Assembly (NCBI GenBank): GCA_009649685.1
Contig: WJPK01000003.1
Span: 498,506-562,505 of the forward strand
Direction of reading: 5' to 3'
DNA from: Flavobacteriaceae bacterium EG-1
GTDB taxonomy: Bacteria; Bacteroidota; Bacteroidia; Flavobacteriales; Flavobacteriaceae
Length of the DNA: 64,000 bases
This document shows positions 58,442 through 64,000 of the stretch, one piece after another. The translations under genes were made by a program, and so were the position numbers. The notes beneath the pieces were generated by a model that did no database searches, had not been told where the DNA came from, and saw nothing but the letters and a program-made list of their open reading frames with translations. Position 1 is the first letter of the stretch, and each line of letters opens with the position of its first letter.

Positions 58442-61400
58442 ATGACCAAGCTAAGATTTTTATCTGGCAAAAATAAATTGCAACTCTTCTTTATTTTTGC
58501 CTTAGCAATATCCTCATTATTCGCATATATAATTCCAAAATCGGTTAATATAAATACCATTTCGATTTTTGAAGAAGAGACTTTTATTGCATCACATCCA
58601 TTAACTGGTATTTCAGACAATGTTGTAATTTGTAGTGATGATGGATCAGAAGTACATGAAATATATTTATGTGGTGCTACTGATGACAGAGTACTTAATG
58701 CGAACATATCAAATTACAAACAAATTATTTGGTCAAAATTTCAAGAAGGTAGTTGTTCAGATGCTCAAACTAATTGTCCAAATACATCACCAACCTGTTC
58801 ATGGTCTCAACTTAGTACAACTTCTCAATATACAGTAACTGATAGTGGTGAGTATCGCATTTATGTTCAATATAATGACAATAGTATTGTACGATATTAT
58901 TTTAATGTTTATTCCAATAGTCTTGACCCAAATGCAGTGGCAACAGATATAGATTGCAATGGTCCAGGAAGTATCACTATAAATAACGCTCCTTCCACTT
59001 ACGAATTTAGTATTAACAACGGGGCTTCTTGGCAAGATTCAAATGTCTTCTCTATAACTAGCGCTAATACTTATGACGTTCAGCTTAGAAGAAAAAATAA
59101 TGTTGGCGGATGTTTATTTGAAGTAAATAATATTACAGTAAATAACATCAGTATAGATGCCACTGCTACGCTAATACCGATTACATGTACAGGTGAAAAA
59201 GGTGGGATTAAAATTGACATTAATGCAACTTCATTAACATATATATATGAAATAAGTGAAGGTGGTAATCTAGTAAATTCTTCAGGTCCTATTACTAGTA
59301 ATACTTATACTTTTAACAACCTAGATTCAGGCACCTACGATGTTGAGGTTAGATTCTCGAATAGTATCGGTTGTACTTGGACAACCACTGAGACATTAAA
59401 TCCATTTAATGCAGTAAAGCCTAATGCCGTTGCAACTAAAAATATAGACTGTACCGATGGCATCATTTCAGTAACTCATTCTGGTGGTACAGCACCTTAT
59501 GAATATAGTTTAAATGGTAGTGCTACATATTCATCATTTACCTCAGGAAACCAAACAGATATTCCTGTAAATACGGCAGGGAGTTATACAATAACAGTTA
59601 AAGATGCGAATGGTTGTGAAATAGATTCTACACCTATAGATATAATCGCCGAAGCTGAAATTGCATATACAATAAACAAGAAAGATATTTCTTGTAATGG
59701 TGCAAATGATGGCAGCTTAAAAGTAGACGTTACAGATGACCAAGGATATAATCTCACGTATAGTCTAAACGGCGGAAGTTTTCAAACATCTAGCGTATTT
59801 AGTAATTTAAATCCTGGTAATTATACAATAACCATCCGAAAGACTAAGCCAGGAAGCACTTGTACACTAACAACTACATCTCAAGTTATTGCTGAACCGA
59901 CAACCTTGTCAGCTACTGCAGCAGTTACTACACCCATCGATTGCGACAATACAACTGCAACTATTAGCGTAACAGGGTCATCGGGCGGGACAGCACCTTA
60001 CAAATACAGTCTTAATGGCACTACATTTCAAACCAACACTACATTTACTGGACTCGGTTTCGGTGATTATACGGTTACGATTGCAGATCAAAACAATTGT
60101 AAAGTTTCCATTCCGCTAACAGTAGATGCAAGTGCACACCCTTCAAACTTACTATTTGCTATAGATAATGTAAATTGTACAACTAAAGCAACTGATATTG
60201 CAGTAACCGTAGAAAACGGAACAGGGCCTTTTACGTACCGTATTGTATCCCCTATTCCCTCTACTGCAAGTTCTAACAATGTTTTTACTGGACTTATCCC
60301 AAACTTAGTTTACAAATTTGAAGTAGTAACTGCAGACAATTGTACAATTGTACGCGACTATGTGGTTCCGCAGCCAATGCAATTCAGCACTTTCGCATCA
60401 GTAAAGGAAAACGTGAGCTGTTCTGCTGCCACAGATGGAGTTATTGAGGTTGCCGTAAATGATTTTCAAACGTCATATGATGTGGTAATCGAAGATAGTT
60501 CTGGCAATATTACTCCCTTCGGTGTAACTAATATAACTAGTTCTCCTATAACCATTTCAAATCTACCTGCGGATACTTACACAATTAAAATTTCTGATGA
60601 ATCAGGGCCCTGCCCAAAAATTCAAACAGCAACTGTAGAGCAACCTGCTTCACCATTAACTGTAGCTTCTTACGATGTTGTTCATGTACTTTGCGGTAAA
60701 CCAGGTTCAGTAAAAATAAATGCAACCGGAGGTTGGGGATCCTACAAATATCAGGTTCGAAGACCCGACAATACGTTATATCCATCTACAGCTCAAACTA
60801 ATAAAACTATTACTGGACTTACACAATTTGGTCTTTACACAATCATTGTTACCGATATTAATGGATGTGTAGAGGACACTCAAACCTTTACCATTGAAGA
60901 TCGTCAAGGACCCGTCGCTGAAGTTGACCAATCTACATCGGAATATTGTTATACTACGGCAACTAAAAGTTCTTTAAAAATCGATATCCTTTCAGGTTAT
61001 CCTCCTTATGTATACACGGTAAATAACGGACCAAAACAGACTGTTACAGGCACCTCATTTACATTGAGCAACTTAACTCCTAAAAAATATGTGGTAAAAA
61101 TTATAGATTCAAACCTATGTTCAACTATTGTTTCTGATACTGAAATAAGACCGCAACTATTCTCAGTTGGTACGGTCACAAAACCTTTAGGATGTGGTTC
61201 TTCACCATCTGACAGAGCCACCCTTACTGCAAAGTCTAGCGGAGGTTATGGAACTAGTACATTTGAAGTACGAATGGATGGTGGCGCATGGAGTTCAGTT
61301 ACATTTCCATACCACACAGATGTAGTTGGAAGTTATGAGTTTAGAGCCACAGATCAAAAAGGTTGTACTGCAATATCGCAACCTGTGAATGTGGTAGTCC

Positions 61401-64000
61401 CTCCAGCAATTGGTAGTAATAATAAAATTACACCCACAGCTTGTGGATCAAACAATAACGGTAGTATTGTAGTCAAAGGTACAGGTGGCACACCTCCATT
61501 TCTCTATAGCTTTGACGGAAGCCCGTTTTCTACAAAAACTCTTTATAATAAATTAGATGCTATTGATTATGTATTAGTAATACGAGATAAACTAAATTGC
61601 GAATTTACCGAGACCGTAACCATAGGAGCGTTACCCAGTATTTCAGCTAGTGCTATCAAAACTGCTGACATTAGTTGTAATCCAGGTACAGGAGACTCAC
61701 CAGGAGTAATTGAAGTATCTAATGTTCAAGACGCTGTTGGCTTAGTACGAGTACGACTTAATGGAGGTGATGGTACCACTCCAGGTACACCACCATGGGT
61801 ATATCAAAATGTAGGAGGATTAGATATGAGTAATCCCGCTACAGTCCACACTATTAATATTAATAGCCATGGCACTTACCATGTAACGGTAGAAGATGAA
61901 CGTGGTTGTATTTGGAAATCAGATCCTATCACCATTACGAGACCTCCGATTCCACATGGCGTAACACAACCTGTAGGTATGCAAACATGTGCAAATGGAG
62001 CCACGTTTGATTTCACGGTAAACCCAGATCCAGGCCTTGTTGGACCCTTCAAAATGCGCATGTGGCCAGGCAGTCCTGATGACCCATTTGGTGGTGCTTG
62101 GCGTGATTTTGACGCCGCTACAAATCCTTCATATGATGCGGTGGATCCAAACAATGAACGAGACTATCGAGTTTCTGGACTTCTATTTGGAGTAAACTAT
62201 GACATTATTGTTTTAGATATGAATACACAATGTACATATGTTGCAGATTTGGGAATGGTAATTGCTCCAGATCCACCAGATGATAAATTCAAAGCTTTTT
62301 CTACGGTACAATCCTATGTTTGTGCTAATAGTACAGGTGGAACAGCCAGAATAAGAGTAGAAGCTGCCGGAGATGCCAATACATTCGGTACTGGAGGACC
62401 AGATGGAATTCAGTCTGTTAGTTGGAAAACGTATAATGCGAGTGGAAGTAGTAATGCTGCTTACATGCATTCTGGTACTGCTAATGATAGTGGTTTAGGA
62501 GGGGATATCATATTCGACATTCCTAATGTTATTTCAGGATGGTATGTTGTAGAAGTCCAAAATGAATCTGGTTGTACTGTGGGACATCGATTTAACATAT
62601 ACGCCCCACCTGTGGAGCTAAAAAACCGATTACAAGATTATTCACCTCCAAACTGTAACATTGGTGCCCAAATTGCTGTTGAAGCTAAAGGTGGGTGGAA
62701 TGATCAAGATTCTTACCAGGCAAGTAATACAATTGATCCAACGTGGAGAGAATACGAATATGCTTACGTTTTAGCAAGTATTGTAGACCCAACTACCATA
62801 CCAGCATCGGAATGGACAACAGATGATTATAAAGAGATTACGCCCACGGCATATGACGGTGTAAACAACGTTTATCAAGTATGGGTAAGAGATGCTGCAG
62901 GATGTATGGACGAACTTGACACTCCAATTACGATTATCAGGGATTTAGATCCTGTACTTGATAGTGTTGTTGTAAACAACCGCTGTAATACACCAAATGA
63001 ATTGTATAATACAACCATTAATATTAGTGGGGGTACTGGAACAATTTATTATACTTGGGATGGAGAAGTTACAACTTCTAACACGAAAGATCTTACTCCC
63101 GGTGAACACACTGTTCAAGTTACAGATGAAAACGGCTGTGCTACTTTATCAGAAGATTTATTAATATATCCACAGATGCAAACTTCTGCTTCTGTGACGC
63201 AAATTGAACCTTGTGACCCACCAAATAGTGGTGAAGTACTTGTAGAAGTATATGGTGGTTCAGGAGATTATACAATAGAACAAATTTCTCCGGCCGGACC
63301 AACAAATACAACGGGCATATTTACAGGTTTAACGCATTCAATTAATTATGAATTCAGAATACATGATAATTTATCAGGATGCGCGGATCAAACAGTAACC
63401 GCTTATATTGATGAGCCATTAATTCCGAAATTTAGAACAGTTACACCTGTACAACAAGTAACTTGTAATGGAGATGATAATGGTAAAATTATAGTAGAAC
63501 CGGAGCCAGGACAAAGCAACTTAGATGTTTTGTACGATTATAGTATTAATGGAGCTCCATATCAAGCATCAAATGTGTTTGACAATCTTGCACCTGGAAC
63601 CTATACAATTTCTATACATTCTGCTAAAAATTGTATCCAGACACTACCACCTGTAACAATAACAGAACCAACACCATTAGTTTTAGACACACCTACAGCA
63701 ACACCGTTTGCATGTACAGCTGATAACTCATATGGAACTGGCATCTTAAGTGTTACAGTAAATGGCACGGGCACTGGTCCTTACAATTATAGTTATAATG
63801 GATCTGGTTTTAGTTCTAGCGATACGTTCGAATTCCTTTATACCTCAAGTTCACAAACAATAGTTATTGATGTTGTAGATGCAAATGGGTGCACAGACCA
63901 AACGTCGATAATTATACCGGCTGCTGAAAAAGTAGAAGCTAGTGTAAATGAAATTCAAGCCATGAATTGTGATGATGATGCAATTATTGAAATTGTAGGA
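58442..64000 (+). CDS. Giant SprB-repeat cell-surface adhesin (gliding-motility SprB family), 5' part only (1853 codons), continuing past the window end
   Basis: It has a signal peptide. There are more than 20 tandem SprB-type repeats of 80 to 100 aa, each with C..G...G.I.V...GGT.PY.YSLNG..FQ..N.F..L..G.Y...V.D.NGC. It is open to the window edge and so absent from the ORF track. Confidence 0.85.
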   Translation, partial: MTKLRFLSGKNKLQLFFIFALAISSLFAYIIPKSVNINTISIFEEETFIASHPLTGISDNVVICSDDGSEVHEIYLCGATDDRVLNANISNYKQIIWSKFQEGSCSDAQTNCPNTSPTCSWSQLSTTSQYTVTDSGEYRIYVQYNDNSIVRYYFNVYSNSLDPNAVATDIDCNGPGSITINNAPSTYEFSINNGASWQDSNVFSITSANTYDVQLRRKNNVGGCLFEVNNITVNNISIDATATLIPITCTGEKGGIKIDINATSLTYIYEISEGGNLVNSSGPITSNTYTFNNLDSGTYDVEVRFSNSIGCTWTTTETLNPFNAVKPNAVATKNIDCTDGIISVTHSGGTAPYEYSLNGSATYSSFTSGNQTDIPVNTAGSYTITVKDANGCEIDSTPIDIIAEAEIAYTINKKDISCNGANDGSLKVDVTDDQGYNLTYSLNGGSFQTSSVFSNLNPGNYTITIRKTKPGSTCTLTTTSQVIAEPTTLSATAAVTTPIDCDNTTATISVTGSSGGTAPYKYSLNGTTFQTNTTFTGLGFGDYTVTIADQNNCKVSIPLTVDASAHPSNLLFAIDNVNCTTKATDIAVTVENGTGPFTYRIVSPIPSTASSNNVFTGLIPNLVYKFEVVTADNCTIVRDYVVPQPMQFSTFASVKENVSCSAATDGVIEVAVNDFQTSYDVVIEDSSGNITPFGVTNITSSPITISNLPADTYTIKISDESGPCPKIQTATVEQPASPLTVASYDVVHVLCGKPGSVKINATGGWGSYKYQVRRPDNTLYPSTAQTNKTITGLTQFGLYTIIVTDINGCVEDTQTFTIEDRQGPVAEVDQSTSEYCYTTATKSSLKIDILSGYPPYVYTVNNGPKQTVTGTSFTLSNLTPKKYVVKIIDSNLCSTIVSDTEIRPQLFSVGTVTKPLGCGSSPSDRATLTAKSSGGYGTSTFEVRMDGGAWSSVTFPYHTDVVGSYEFRATDQKGCTAISQPVNVVVPPAIGSNNKITPTACGSNNNGSIVVKGTGGTPPFLYSFDGSPFSTKTLYNKLDAIDYVLVIRDKLNCEFTETVTIGALPSISASAIKTADISCNPGTGDSPGVIEVSNVQDAVGLVRVRLNGGDGTTPGTPPWVYQNVGGLDMSNPATVHTININSHGTYHVTVEDERGCIWKSDPITITRPPIPHGVTQPVGMQTCANGATFDFTVNPDPGLVGPFKMRMWPGSPDDPFGGAWRDFDAATNPSYDAVDPNNERDYRVSGLLFGVNYDIIVLDMNTQCTYVADLGMVIAPDPPDDKFKAFSTVQSYVCANSTGGTARIRVEAAGDANTFGTGGPDGIQSVSWKTYNASGSSNAAYMHSGTANDSGLGGDIIFDIPNVISGWYVVEVQNESGCTVGHRFNIYAPPVELKNRLQDYSPPNCNIGAQIAVEAKGGWNDQDSYQASNTIDPTWREYEYAYVLASIVDPTTIPASEWTTDDYKEITPTAYDGVNNVYQVWVRDAAGCMDELDTPITIIRDLDPVLDSVVVNNRCNTPNELYNTTINISGGTGTIYYTWDGEVTTSNTKDLTPGEHTVQVTDENGCATLSEDLLIYPQMQTSASVTQIEPCDPPNSGEVLVEVYGGSGDYTIEQISPAGPTNTTGIFTGLTHSINYEFRIHDNLSGCADQTVTAYIDEPLIPKFRTVTPVQQVTCNGDDNGKIIVEPEPGQSNLDVLYDYSINGAPYQASNVFDNLAPGTYTISIHSAKNCIQTLPPVTITEPTPLVLDTPTATPFACTADNSYGTGILSVTVNGTGTGPYNYSYNGSGFSSSDTFEFLYTSSSQTIVIDVVDANGCTDQTSIIIPAAEKVEASVNEIQAMNCDDDAIIEIVG

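Noticed and set aside
58164-59035. Minus-strand ORFs 58164-58376, 58414-58707 and 58799-59035, plus-strand ORF 58635-58838, and minus-strand ORFs 60088 through 62470 inside the SprB gene
   Set aside because: They overlap the SprB-like coding frame or its leader and are antisense or out-of-frame artefacts.
58900-64000. Periodic repeats that could suggest a CRISPR array or a satellite
   Set aside because: The periodicity is at the protein level. The SprB repeat units are about 250 to 300 nt, diverged, and in-frame coding, with no spacer-repeat architecture.

Overview
This is a 64 kb chromosomal window, about 35% GC, from a Bacteroidota genome, most likely Flavobacteriia. The evidence is a gldD-gldE-ssb-mutY block, a SprB-repeat giant adhesin, TTG-N19-TAnnTTTG promoters, lipoproteins with Cys-bearing signal peptides, and a split biotin operon. 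It is mostly ordinary core-genome content, densely packed with about 60 protein genes, and many intergenic gaps carry a clean rho-independent hairpin. No rRNA, tRNA, CRISPR array, transposase or integrase was seen. Two ORFs run off the window edges and are therefore absent from the ORF track: a TonB-dependent receptor (1..1620, minus strand) and a SprB-like adhesin (58442..64000, plus strand). The main features beyond plain CDS calls are as follows. (1) A clear TPP (THI-box) riboswitch sits immediately upstream of the edge-truncated TonB-dependent receptor, with a Bacteroidetes-type promoter directly in front of it. (2) A four-gene minus-strand operon encodes an MTH1187/YkoF-like protein, PnuC, a kinase-domain-only NadR homologue, and a DUF4301 protein. 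By my reading the DUF4301 protein carries the signature motifs of the UDP-glucose pyrophosphorylase nucleotidyltransferase family. I propose it is an uncharacterised nucleotidyltransferase completing a nicotinamide-riboside salvage route that lacks an NMNAT domain. (3) The biotin operon bioF-DUF2007-bioD-bioA contains an embedded KAS I/II-type ketoacyl synthase, and a flotillin/NfeD pair separates it from bioB. (4) A hybrid histidine kinase with REC and Hpt domains converges on, and overlaps, a sigma-54 activator, next to two tandem PepSY-like secreted paralogues with acidic ATE-repeat linkers. (5) An rplU gene carries a lysine/alanine-rich tail plus a helix-hairpin-helix module. (6) An unannotated 30-codon hyper-basic ORF downstream of the HU gene resembles a bS22/THX-like ribosomal protein. 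All calls rest on reading the sequence and on remembered family signatures. No database search was run.
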